64,000 nt of DNA from NCBI GenBank assembly GCA_035430165.1, contig DAOMGE010000009.1, positions 2,713-66,712 of the forward strand, read 5' to 3'. Below, piece by piece: positions 1 to 8,393 of the stretch (positions are counted from its first letter, which is position 1; each line of letters starts with the position of its first letter). The DNA comes from Pseudomonadales bacterium (GTDB taxonomy: Bacteria; Pseudomonadota; Gammaproteobacteria; Pseudomonadales; UBA7239). Under the pieces are notes generated by a model that was not told the DNA's origin, did not search any database, and saw nothing but the letters and a program-made list of their open reading frames with translations. Both the position numbers and the translations under genes were made by a program.

Positions 1-319
1 GATCACGACCGACATTCAGCATCGAGGAATTGATATCCGCGAGCACGACCAGACCGTCCTCACCAACCAGTCGCGAAAACTTGAAAGCGAGATCACCGGT
101 GCCACCGGCAATGTCGAGCACCTTGTGACCGTAACGCACACCGGACACTTCAATCGTGAAACGTTTCCACAGGCGATGGATACCGCCGGACAGCAAATCG
201 TTCATCAGGTCGTAGCGCGCCGCCACTGAATGGAAAACATCAGCGACCTTGCGCTGTTTTTCCTGTACCGGCACCTGCTGGAAACCGAAATGGGTGGTGG
301 GTTGTTGCGGATCGGTCAT
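1..319 (-). CDS. ubiE: Ubiquinone/menaquinone C-methyltransferase UbiE, 5' part (runs off window start)
   Basis: Manual translation from ATG at 319: [54 protein letters not shown]...[12 protein letters not shown], with the THFGF, YDLMND and DIAGGTGD signatures. Confidence 0.95.
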   Translation of the reverse strand, partial: MTDPQQPTTHFGFQQVPVQEKQRKVADVFHSVAARYDLMNDLLSGGIHRLWKRFTIEVSGVRYGHKVLDIAGGTGDLAFKFSRLVGEDGLVVLADINSSMLNVGRD

Positions 320-389
320 GAGGTGTTGCTCGTGGTGCAGTGGGGAGTTGGCATTTTACACGGGATGCCGTCGACATCTTACAAGGCAA

Positions 390-1403
390 TTACTCGCGGC
401 GCCGGAACGCCCACACACCCAGCGTGCAGGTAAGCACACTGACAATGGCGATGATCACCCAGAAGCCATCGGCATCTCCTGCAAACGGAATACCGCCGAC
501 ATTCATTCCCAGCAAACCGGCGATCATATTGATCGGTAGCGCCAGCACGGTAACCACCGTCAGCACAAACAGGCTGCGATTGTTCTGTTCGTTGACCAGC
601 GCGCCCAGTTCCTCCTGGATCAGTTTCAGGCGCTCTACCAGCGCCACCGAATCAGCTATCGTCGTCGAAAACTCCTCCGCCGATTGCTGGAGATCCTGGA
701 GGTCATCCGGATGAATCCACGCCGGCGGCCGGTTGAGCAGCCGGAACAGGGCGGCAGGCTCCGGCGCCAGCAAGCGCTGAAGGCGAACCAACACGCGTCG
801 CAGCACGCCCAGTTCAGCCCGGCTGATGGAAATACGATTCTGCAACATGTCATCTTCTATGGCATCCACACGATGACTGGACTGCCGCAAGATATCCACC
901 AACACATTCGCCTGATCCCGCATCAGGTGAGCCAGTAATTCTGCGGGAGATCGAAAAATTTCACCTGTTTTCACTGCAGCCCGCAATTGTTCAATGGAGC
1001 GCAGCGGCTTGAGTCGGGCGCTGACAAGCAGATCCGGCAACACACACAGGCTGACGGTAGAAACATCCGCAGGATCAAACCTGAAATCGAACAGCACATC
1101 GCGCATCACAGCTATCAGTGCATCACCATCCTGCTCGATGCGCGTGGAACCGTGCCCGGATCGAAGTTCATGCAGGAAGGTATCCGGCAGTGTGGCGTAT
1201 TGCTGCAACCAACGCATTGACGCGGCATTTGCCAGAGAAAAATGTAGCCATAAAAATCCCTCACGAGCGACGGCGCCCTGTTCTGCCAGTCGGCTGGCTG
1301 CCGTCGAGGCGTCTATTGGCTCAGCCGCTTGTCCGGGCCGGAACCAATACCCCCAGACGAATCCGTTTTCATCTGAGCCATAAGTGGATTCAGCCGCATT
1401 CAT
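390..1403 (-). CDS. CorA/ZntB family divalent metal transporter
   Basis: WLHF motif near the N-terminus, long cytoplasmic helices, C-terminal two TM helices with GMN signature (LLGMNVGG). Start placed at ATG 1403 behind a GGAG RBS. Confidence 0.88.
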   Translation of the reverse strand: MNAAESTYGSDENGFVWGYWFRPGQAAEPIDASTAASRLAEQGAVAREGFLWLHFSLANAASMRWLQQYATLPDTFLHELRSGHGSTRIEQDGDALIAVMRDVLFDFRFDPADVSTVSLCVLPDLLVSARLKPLRSIEQLRAAVKTGEIFRSPAELLAHLMRDQANVLVDILRQSSHRVDAIEDDMLQNRISISRAELGVLRRVLVRLQRLLAPEPAALFRLLNRPPAWIHPDDLQDLQQSAEEFSTTIADSVALVERLKLIQEELGALVNEQNNRSLFVLTVVTVLALPINMIAGLLGMNVGGIPFAGDADGFWVIIAIVSVLTCTLGVWAFRRRE

Positions 1404-1487
1404 GTATAACTCCGCACGCAAAGTGACCTACAGCATAAGCTGCAATGTTTGCGGGATAAAGAAACAAAGAAATCCTGCTGACGGTGT

Positions 1488-3860
1488 CTAGAGATGTTCC
1501 AGCGTGCCACGACCACCATCCAGCCGTACACGATCACCCGTCCTGAATTGCGATGTGGCCGTGCGCAAGTTCACCACCGCAGGAAGACCGTATTCGCGCG
1601 CAATCACGGCGCCGTGTGACACCGAGCTGCCGATGTCGGTCGCGAGACCTGCGATCACACTGAAATACGGCGTCCAGGCCACATCGGTGATGGGTGCAAT
1701 CAGGATTTCGCCCGGCAATAACTGCGCCGCTTCCTCCGGTGAAAATGCCACGCGGCAAATCCCTTCCACACAACCGGCTGATACAGGCCTTCCCGTCAGC
1801 ACACCGCCCTCCACGCTGGTGGTACCCGGCGCAATCGGCTGTGGCTTGCCCTGGCACAAAAACGGGAATTGCAGGCGATTCTGGTAGGCCATCGCCTCGC
1901 GCCGCTTCACAGCATGTTGCACTTGCGCAACCGAAGGTTCGCCCGCACAGGCCAGCAATTCCTCATGGGTAAAAAAACAGACCAGGTCTTCATCCGGCAG
2001 GATGTTTTTTGCCACCAGCAATTGTCCAAGGTGGCGATAGGCCTTGCCCACTTCGCGTGTGACATGAACCAGCAAGGATTTCGTACGCTCACGCCGGCGC
2101 ACACCGTTATGGACCTTCGGCAACAACCAGCGAATAAACCCGTTGTATTCACGGAGATCAATGACCGGCTGCTCCGCAATTTTTTTCGGCGCATTGCCAA
2201 TGGCTGCACGCACACCAACCTGCATGGTGCGGATCAACGGCAGCGGATCTTCCGCCCAGCCTTTTTCCCGCACACACAATTCGCGGTAAGCGCGATGACC
2301 GTGGCGCACAAGAAATGCAGCAAACAGTTTTTGTGCCGTGCCAGACGCCGTCGAACGCAACCAGTGCAGTGCATCCTGTGCATCTTCTTCGCAGAAACGC
2401 GATGCGTGTGATTGCCTGGCGATATGCTCAACGATCACATCGAGTTCCTGCACCAGCTCCGCGCTGATCACACCGGTGGCGCCTGCCATCAGGCGCGCCA
2501 GCTCACCCAGATGTTCCTGTGTTGGCCGCTCGCCTTTGGCGATCACACCTTGCAATATTCCGCCAGCAACAGCAGAACTGGCTGACGAACGCACATGGAC
2601 ATTTTCCACTTCAAGCACCCACCACAAGAGTGTGTCGATCTGCGCAATTTGTGCTGACGGTGTATCGAGAAACGGGGTGCGGAATTCCTGTGAAAGGCGA
2701 TGTTCAAACTGATCGACTACCTGCTCTGCCACTTGCAAAAACCGGAAAAAACGCCAGCCACCGCGCGCGCGCGTCCACAACGATTTTTTGGGCACATCCT
2801 TCAGCAAGGGAATTTCCTCACCGCATATGCTGTAGCCGGTTTCCTTCGCGCTCATACCGGCAATATGGCCGGAAGCGGCAACCTTGCCGCTCAGGTTAAA
2901 AAACCAGTGACCATAAAAACTGCACACCTGTTTGTAATCGTCTTCCACCTTTTCCTGCGCACCGAGCCACACATCCAGCTGCTGGAATGCATATTCAATC
3001 CCTCGCAAGGTGACTGACAAGGTGAGTGGGCACACCGCGCCCGGCATCATCTCGCCGATATTGCCGGTGGTCATGATGTCATCCGGCAAAAAAACCGCAT
3101 CGAATTCGTTGAGGTCGGCTGGCAAGGTAGTGACAGGTCGCGCTTGCAACCAGTACAGTGCGCCGTTTTTATCGATTGCCCATTCCGTATCAAGCGGCTC
3201 GGAAAAGTAATGCGATGCGTTACGCGCTTGTGTCACCAGTTTTCCTATTTCCGCATCGGACAATACCGGTTCAGTAGCATGCACGAGATCCCGAACCACA
3301 ATCGCATGTTGCAAATCGACTTCGTAATGATCCGGCGTTGCCTCACCGCTCACCAACGCCTCACCCAGACCGTGCACAGCATCGATCACCAACCGGTCAC
3401 GTCGCGCTGACACCGGATCCACCGTGAACAGCACACCGGCCGCACGCGCATCCACCATGCGCTGCACAATCACGCACATGCGCATGGCAGCCGCCTGGTC
3501 GTGCACGTGGTTGTGGCGATAGCTGTCGGCGCGCTGTGACGAGAGCGATAACAGGCACCGGTCGATGGCTGCGCGCAAGGCGTCGATGCCCTCGACATCC
3601 AGCACGGTTTCATACAGGCCAGCGAAAGAAGCGTCGCTGCCGTCCTCATCCAGCGCTGATGAACGTACCGCCACGCGGCCTGCGCCCATGGCGGCATACC
3701 GGCGCTCCAGTTCATCGGGCAGCGCACCGACACCGGCATCCAGCAGCACAAAACCGGGCGGCACCTCAAAACCGGCGCGGATCAGGCGACAGAGACCGTT
3801 GGCCTTGCCTCCGGCATTGATGCCGTCCAGATCCTCTAATGCAATGATGCGGCCTGTCAT
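1488..3860 (-). CDS. PEP-synthase-like small-molecule phosphotransferase (ATP-grasp / central substrate domain / C-terminal swivelling His domain; RPH/PigC/YvkC architecture)
   Basis: GGKANGL, VAVRSSALDED...SFAGLYET, DTEWAI...LQARPVT, and C-terminal SHGAVIAREYGLPAVV. Start set at MTGRII (3860); the upstream ORF extension looks non-coding. Confidence 0.85.
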   Translation of the reverse strand: MTGRIIALEDLDGINAGGKANGLCRLIRAGFEVPPGFVLLDAGVGALPDELERRYAAMGAGRVAVRSSALDEDGSDASFAGLYETVLDVEGIDALRAAIDRCLLSLSSQRADSYRHNHVHDQAAAMRMCVIVQRMVDARAAGVLFTVDPVSARRDRLVIDAVHGLGEALVSGEATPDHYEVDLQHAIVVRDLVHATEPVLSDAEIGKLVTQARNASHYFSEPLDTEWAIDKNGALYWLQARPVTTLPADLNEFDAVFLPDDIMTTGNIGEMMPGAVCPLTLSVTLRGIEYAFQQLDVWLGAQEKVEDDYKQVCSFYGHWFFNLSGKVAASGHIAGMSAKETGYSICGEEIPLLKDVPKKSLWTRARGGWRFFRFLQVAEQVVDQFEHRLSQEFRTPFLDTPSAQIAQIDTLLWWVLEVENVHVRSSASSAVAGGILQGVIAKGERPTQEHLGELARLMAGATGVISAELVQELDVIVEHIARQSHASRFCEEDAQDALHWLRSTASGTAQKLFAAFLVRHGHRAYRELCVREKGWAEDPLPLIRTMQVGVRAAIGNAPKKIAEQPVIDLREYNGFIRWLLPKVHNGVRRRERTKSLLVHVTREVGKAYRHLGQLLVAKNILPDEDLVCFFTHEELLACAGEPSVAQVQHAVKRREAMAYQNRLQFPFLCQGKPQPIAPGTTSVEGGVLTGRPVSAGCVEGICRVAFSPEEAAQLLPGEILIAPITDVAWTPYFSVIAGLATDIGSSVSHGAVIAREYGLPAVVNLRTATSQFRTGDRVRLDGGRGTLEHL

Positions 3861-3934
3861 GGGATGTCCTGTCCGGATATGTCTGGCCGAATTCTGGCAC
3901 ATGCACCAGCCCACTTGCACTGGCCGATCCGATA

Positions 3935-3950
3935 CTGTACAAATACACAC
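3935..3950. promoter_or_regulatory. Candidate LexA (SOS) box upstream of recN
   Basis: CTGTACAAATACACAC vs the gammaproteobacterial consensus CTG-N10-CAG (last base mismatched), with an AT-alternating core. recN is a canonical SOS gene. Confidence 0.55.
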
Positions 3951-4079
3951 TAGTTCCTGTTGCGCCATTCTCCTCACCTGGCGCCGGGCCACCCACCGGC
4001 GCCAGGGCTCCCACGGGCAGCAGGACTTTATCTTTTTCCTTACCGCCACGGGCGGGGCTTTCACAGGACGGACAGCGCT

Positions 4080-5825
4080 GTGTTATTGCAACTGACCATC
4101 AACGATTACGCCGTCGCCCGTGCCCTGGATGCCGAATTCCATGCCGGCATGACCGCCATCACCGGCGAAACCGGTGCCGGCAAGTCGATTTTGCTCGACG
4201 CCCTCGGCCTGGCGCTCGGTGATCGCGCCGATGCGGATGCCATCGCCACCGACGCCGACCGCGCCGACATCAGCGCCCTGTTCGATGTGAAAGACATCGC
4301 CGCTGCAAGCAGCTGGCTCGATACGCACGGTTTTCCGGCTGAAGAACAGCAGTGCCTGTTGCGACGTGTGATCTTGCGTGAAGGCCGGTCGCGCGCCTGG
4401 ATCAATGGCCAGCCCGCCACGCTGCAACAGCTGCGTGAACTCGGCGATTTGCTGATCGACATCCACAGCCAGCACGAACACCAGTCGCTGCTGAAAAAAG
4501 AAACCCACCGCCGTCTGCTCGATGCCTTCGGCCAGCACGATGACGACATCAGCGCCTTGCAACAGGTCTACCGGCAATGGCGCGACGTGCAGCAGCAAAT
4601 CGAACACCTGCAGGGTGCGCGCGAGGATCTCGGCGCCCGCCTGCAGTTGCTGCAATACCAGGTGGAGGAACTCGACAAGGCCGCACCACAACCGGATGAA
4701 CTGCTTGCACTCGAAACCGAGCAGAAACAACTGGCGAATGCAGGTGAGCTGATCAACCATTGCGAGCAGTTGCTGGATATCTGCAGCGACAACGAGCACT
4801 ACAACCTGCAACAGGCACTGGTACACGCGCAACAATTGCTGTCGCGTTCGACATTGGCGGAATCCATGCCACAGCTGCAGGAGATGCTGAACGGCGCGCT
4901 GATCCAGATCGAGGAAGCTGCGCAGGATTTACAGCGTTATCGCAGCCATATCACGATTGATCCGGAGCGTCTGGCCGAAGTGGAACAGCGGCTGGATACG
5001 CTGTTTGATCTCGCCCGCAAGCACCGCGTACACGCGCGTGACTTGCCTGCGCTGCATGAGACATTGCACGGAGAGTTGAAAATCCTGCTCGACAGCGATG
5101 GCGCGATTGCACAACTCCAGCAGCAACAAACCGCACTGGAAAAGCAATACCAGAAAATTGCAAAACTGCTGACCGACAAACGCAAGCAGGCGGCAACCAT
5201 CCTGATCGAGCAAGTCAATCAACAACTCATCCTGTTAAAAATGGCACACTGCTGTTTTGCAATTGGCCTGCAAAAAAATGAAAGCACAGCTCCGCATCTG
5301 TATGGTGCTGAATCGATAGAATTCCTGATCAGCACCCAGCCGGACACACCGGCCCGTGCACTGGCGCGCGTGGCTTCCGGTGGCGAGTTGTCGCGCATCT
5401 CGCTCGCCATCCAGGTGGTGACGGCCAACACCTCACGCACACCGACCCTGGTGTTCGATGAAGTGGATGTCGGCATCGGCGGTGCCACCGCGATTGTGGT
5501 CGGCCAGTTATTGCGACAACTCGGTGAACGCGGACAAGTGTTGTGCGTAACGCATCAGGCACAAGTCGCTGCGCAAGCACACCAGCATTTGCAAGTCAGT
5601 AAATCACTGCAGGGCAAACGCATGGAAACCGCACTGCACACCCTGGATAACGAACAGCGCATCGATGAAATCGCGCGCATGATCGGCGGCGAACACCTCA
5701 CACCCCAATCGCGCGCCCATGCCGGGGAAATGCTCGGCTTCGACCGTAGTGTTCCCTTCGACTCCGCCCAGGAAGCGGATCAACCGCCAGCTGGGCGGAG
5801 TCGAAGCCGAAAGGTACGCAGCTGA
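4080..5825 (+). CDS. recN: DNA repair protein RecN
   Basis: GTG start (VLLQLTIN), Walker A TGETGAGKS, IHSQHEHQSL, signature ASGGELSRI, Walker B LVFDEVDVGIGG, CVTH. Confidence 0.96.
   Translation: MLLQLTINDYAVARALDAEFHAGMTAITGETGAGKSILLDALGLALGDRADADAIATDADRADISALFDVKDIAAASSWLDTHGFPAEEQQCLLRRVILREGRSRAWINGQPATLQQLRELGDLLIDIHSQHEHQSLLKKETHRRLLDAFGQHDDDISALQQVYRQWRDVQQQIEHLQGAREDLGARLQLLQYQVEELDKAAPQPDELLALETEQKQLANAGELINHCEQLLDICSDNEHYNLQQALVHAQQLLSRSTLAESMPQLQEMLNGALIQIEEAAQDLQRYRSHITIDPERLAEVEQRLDTLFDLARKHRVHARDLPALHETLHGELKILLDSDGAIAQLQQQQTALEKQYQKIAKLLTDKRKQAATILIEQVNQQLILLKMAHCCFAIGLQKNESTAPHLYGAESIEFLISTQPDTPARALARVASGGELSRISLAIQVVTANTSRTPTLVFDEVDVGIGGATAIVVGQLLRQLGERGQVLCVTHQAQVAAQAHQHLQVSKSLQGKRMETALHTLDNEQRIDEIARMIGGEHLTPQSRAHAGEMLGFDRSVPFDSAQEADQPPAGRSRSRKVRS
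5756..5806. repeat. REP-like palindrome inside the recN 3' end
   Basis: Perfect 16-bp inverted repeat CTTCGACTCCGCCCAG (5756-5771) / CTGGGCGGAGTCGAAG (5791-5806). A related copy lies at 23543-23592. Confidence 0.75.
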
Positions 5826-5836
5826 GGGGAGTCATA

Positions 5837-5866
5837 AATCTATATCAAAATTCTTTGATATAGATT
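5837..5866. promoter_or_regulatory. Palindromic operator upstream of sahR-metK (candidate SahR site)
   Basis: AATCTATATCAAA-ATTC-TTTGATATAGATT, a perfect 13-bp inverted repeat with an ATATCAA-N6-TTGATAT core. Confidence 0.8.
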
Positions 5867-5920
5867 GAAGCTCTGCTAGTATCACTGCCCCGATAGCCCT
5901 GCAGTGCCAGACAAGCAGAC

Positions 5921-6928
5921 ATGTTGCCCCACTCCTCACCCGCAAGCCGGTCCGACAGCGAAGCGCTGTGGCTGGCCAGCTACCTCAAGGCCGCCGCCGA
6001 TCCGCTGCGACTGATGGTGCTGCGCCTGCTGAAACAGGACTCGTTTGCCGTGCTGGAACTGTGCCATTTGCTGGCGGCCAAGCAATCCGGTATGAGCCAT
6101 CACCTGAAAATCCTGGCGCAAGCCGGTCTGGTGGCAACCCGCCGTGAGGGCAATACCATCTTCTACCGGCGCGCCACCTCGGCCGAATCCGCCATCGAAC
6201 AGGCCGAACTGCAGCAGGCACTGTTTGCCCGTATCGACCAGATGCCGCTGGATACTGATGTCGCATCCAGGCTGGCCGAAGTGCAACATGAACGCATCGC
6301 CAGCTCGCGCAGTTTTTTTGAGGAAAACGCCGCCCTGTTTCGCGAACAGCAGGAACAGATTGCCGACTATGATCTGTACGGACCAGCCGTTGCCCACCTG
6401 CTCGACCAGCTCGACTTGCCCGCGCAAAAACTGGCGCTGGAAATCGGTCCGGGTAACGGCCAGTTTCTCGATGAACTGGCGCGGCGTTTTGGCCATGTGA
6501 TCGGCCTCGACAACAACCAGCCCATGCTGGCACAGGCTGCGGAACATGTGCACCAACGCAAACTGAAACATGTGCAATTGCGTTGCGGCGAAATCGACAG
6601 CCTGCCCGCTGACCTGAATCCTGATTGCGTGGTGCTGAACATGGTGCTGCACCACACACCGTCGCCCGCAGAAATTCTTGCGGCCGTCGGCCAGTTATTA
6701 CCGGCCAATGCCGTGTTACTCATCTGCGAACTCTCCCACCACCAGCAAAGCTGGGTGCGTGAGTCCTGCGGTGACATCTGGCTAGGCTTTGACCCGAATG
6801 AGCTCACCGGCTGGCTCGCGCAAGCGAACCTCAGCTGCGAGCACAGCCAGTATCTGGCGCTGCGCAACGGCTTCCAGATCCAGATCCACGCGGCGCGCAA
6901 GCTGCCGTCCTTTTCCAACCTCGTCTAG
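5921..6928 (+). CDS. sahR: ArsR-family HTH fused to SAM-methyltransferase-like domain (SahR-type regulator of the SAM cycle)
   Basis: KAAADPLRL...[35 protein letters not shown] motif I, NMVLHH motif; directly upstream of metK. Confidence 0.85.
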   Translation: MLPHSSPASRSDSEALWLASYLKAAADPLRLMVLRLLKQDSFAVLELCHLLAAKQSGMSHHLKILAQAGLVATRREGNTIFYRRATSAESAIEQAELQQALFARIDQMPLDTDVASRLAEVQHERIASSRSFFEENAALFREQQEQIADYDLYGPAVAHLLDQLDLPAQKLALEIGPGNGQFLDELARRFGHVIGLDNNQPMLAQAAEHVHQRKLKHVQLRCGEIDSLPADLNPDCVVLNMVLHHTPSPAEILAAVGQLLPANAVLLICELSHHQQSWVRESCGDIWLGFDPNELTGWLAQANLSCEHSQYLALRNGFQIQIHAARKLPSFSNLV

Positions 6929-6953
6929 TCCCTTTGTAACAGGAGCTGTTTCA

Positions 6954-8147
6954 ATGTCTGAATATTCCGTCTTTACCTCTGAATCGGTCTCCGAAGGCCA
7001 CCCCGACAAAATGGCAGACCAGGTGTCTGATGCAATCCTTGACGCGATCATCGCCCAGGACAAATACGCGCGCGTAGCCTGCGAAACGCTGGTGAAAACC
7101 GGTGTCGCGATCGTGGCAGGCGAGATCACCACCACGGCCGTTATCGATTACGAAAAAATCATCCGTGGCGTGATCAACGACATCGGCTACAACAGCTCTG
7201 ATGTCTATTTCGATGGCAGCACCTGCGGCGTATTGAACCTGCTCGGCCAGCAATCACCGGATATCGCACAAGGTGTTGATCGCGCCAAGCCGGAAGACCA
7301 GGGCGCGGGCGACCAGGGCCTGATGTTCGGCTACGCGGCGAACGAAACCGACGTGCTGATGCCAGCACCGATCCAGTACGCCCACCGTCTGGTCGAGCGC
7401 CAGGCCGAGGCACGCAAATCCGGCCTGCTGCCATGGCTGCGCCCGGATGCCAAATCCCAGGTCACCTTCCGCTACGAAAACGGCAAGCCGGTGGCTGTCG
7501 ACGCGATTGTGCTTTCCACGCAGCACGCAGCCGATGTCAGCGATAAGGATATCGTCGACGGCGTGATGGAACTGGTCATCAAGCACGTCATCCCGCAACA
7601 GTGGATTTCAAAAGACACCAAGATCTACATCAACCCGACCGGCCGTTTTGAAATCGGCGGCCCGATGGGCGACTGCGGCCTGACAGGTCGCAAGATTATC
7701 GTCGACAGCTACGGCGGCATGGCACGTCACGGCGGCGGCGCATTCTCTGGCAAAGACCCATCCAAAGTGGATCGCTCTGCTGCCTACGCGGGCCGTTATG
7801 TCGCGAAAAATATCGTGGCTGCTGGTTTGGCTGATCGCTGTGAAATCCAGGTGTCCTACGCGATCGGTGTTGCCGAACCAACATCCGTTTCCATCAATAC
7901 CTTCGGCACAGGCAAAGTCTCCGATGAAACCATCATCAAACTGGTGCGTGAATTCTTCGACCTGCGTCCTTACGGTTTGACCAAACAGCTGGACCTGCTG
8001 CAACCGATCTACCGTCCAACGGCGTCATACGGTCACTTCGGTCGCAACTCCGAAACCATCAACTACAACGGCCACGACTTCACCACCTTCACCTGGGAAC
8101 GCACTGACAAAGCCGCAGCCCTGCGTGATGCGGCGGGTTTGAAGTAA
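6954..8147 (+). CDS. metK: S-adenosylmethionine synthetase
   Basis: [49 protein letters not shown] before ATG 6954. Confidence 0.99.
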   Translation: MSEYSVFTSESVSEGHPDKMADQVSDAILDAIIAQDKYARVACETLVKTGVAIVAGEITTTAVIDYEKIIRGVINDIGYNSSDVYFDGSTCGVLNLLGQQSPDIAQGVDRAKPEDQGAGDQGLMFGYAANETDVLMPAPIQYAHRLVERQAEARKSGLLPWLRPDAKSQVTFRYENGKPVAVDAIVLSTQHAADVSDKDIVDGVMELVIKHVIPQQWISKDTKIYINPTGRFEIGGPMGDCGLTGRKIIVDSYGGMARHGGGAFSGKDPSKVDRSAAYAGRYVAKNIVAAGLADRCEIQVSYAIGVAEPTSVSINTFGTGKVSDETIIKLVREFFDLRPYGLTKQLDLLQPIYRPTASYGHFGRNSETINYNGHDFTTFTWERTDKAAALRDAAGLK

Positions 8148-8157
8148 ACACCAGAAA

Positions 8158-8203
8158 CCCTCTCCCGCCCGGGGAGAGGGTGCCGCGCAGCGGCGGGAGA
8201 GGG
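8158..8203 (+). repeat. RIME/CIR-like double-hairpin intergenic repeat
   Basis: CCCTCTCCC-N5-GGGAGAGGG-T-GCCGC-GCA-GCGGC-GGGAGAGGG; same architecture as both halves of 16746-16839. Confidence 0.65.
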
Positions 8204-8208
8204 AAATA

Positions 8209-8240
8209 AAAAACCCCGGCCCTGTGCCGGGGTTTTTGTT
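8209..8240 (+). terminator. Intrinsic terminator after metK
   Basis: AAAAACCCCGGC-CCTGT-GCCGGGGTTTTTGTT. Confidence 0.85.
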
Positions 8241-8342
8241 TGCGCTAACAAAATCCGTCACAAACAGACCAATTATTTGACGCAGAAATAACTTTTAACC
8301 CATCAACGGTTTTTTCATGCCGATGAACGGTTGCATGGCGCT

Positions 8343-8358
8343 TGGCACGCATTTCGCT
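8343..8358 (+). promoter_or_regulatory. Candidate sigma54 (-24/-12) promoter for the large mosaic gene
   Basis: TGGCACGCATTTCGCT: GG-N10-GC spacing exact, TGGCACG matches the -24 consensus. Confidence 0.55.
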
Positions 8359-8393
8359 CAGAAAATAATAATGAAAAATTCCGGGCGACTACG

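Noticed and set aside
3861..4079. Apparent overlap of the dikinase ORF (to 4064) and recN ORF (from 3960)
   Set aside because: Artefact of longest-ORF calling. Family-like sequence begins at 3860 and 4080, leaving an intergenic region.
3861..4079. Rifamycin-associated element (RAE) upstream of the RPH-like gene
   Set aside because: No match to the RAE palindrome seen, so rifamycin specificity is unsupported.
8025..8261. Small ORFs across the metK 3' repeat/terminator and at 16661-16843
   Set aside because: Translations of GC-rich palindromic repeats with no RBS or protein-like signal.
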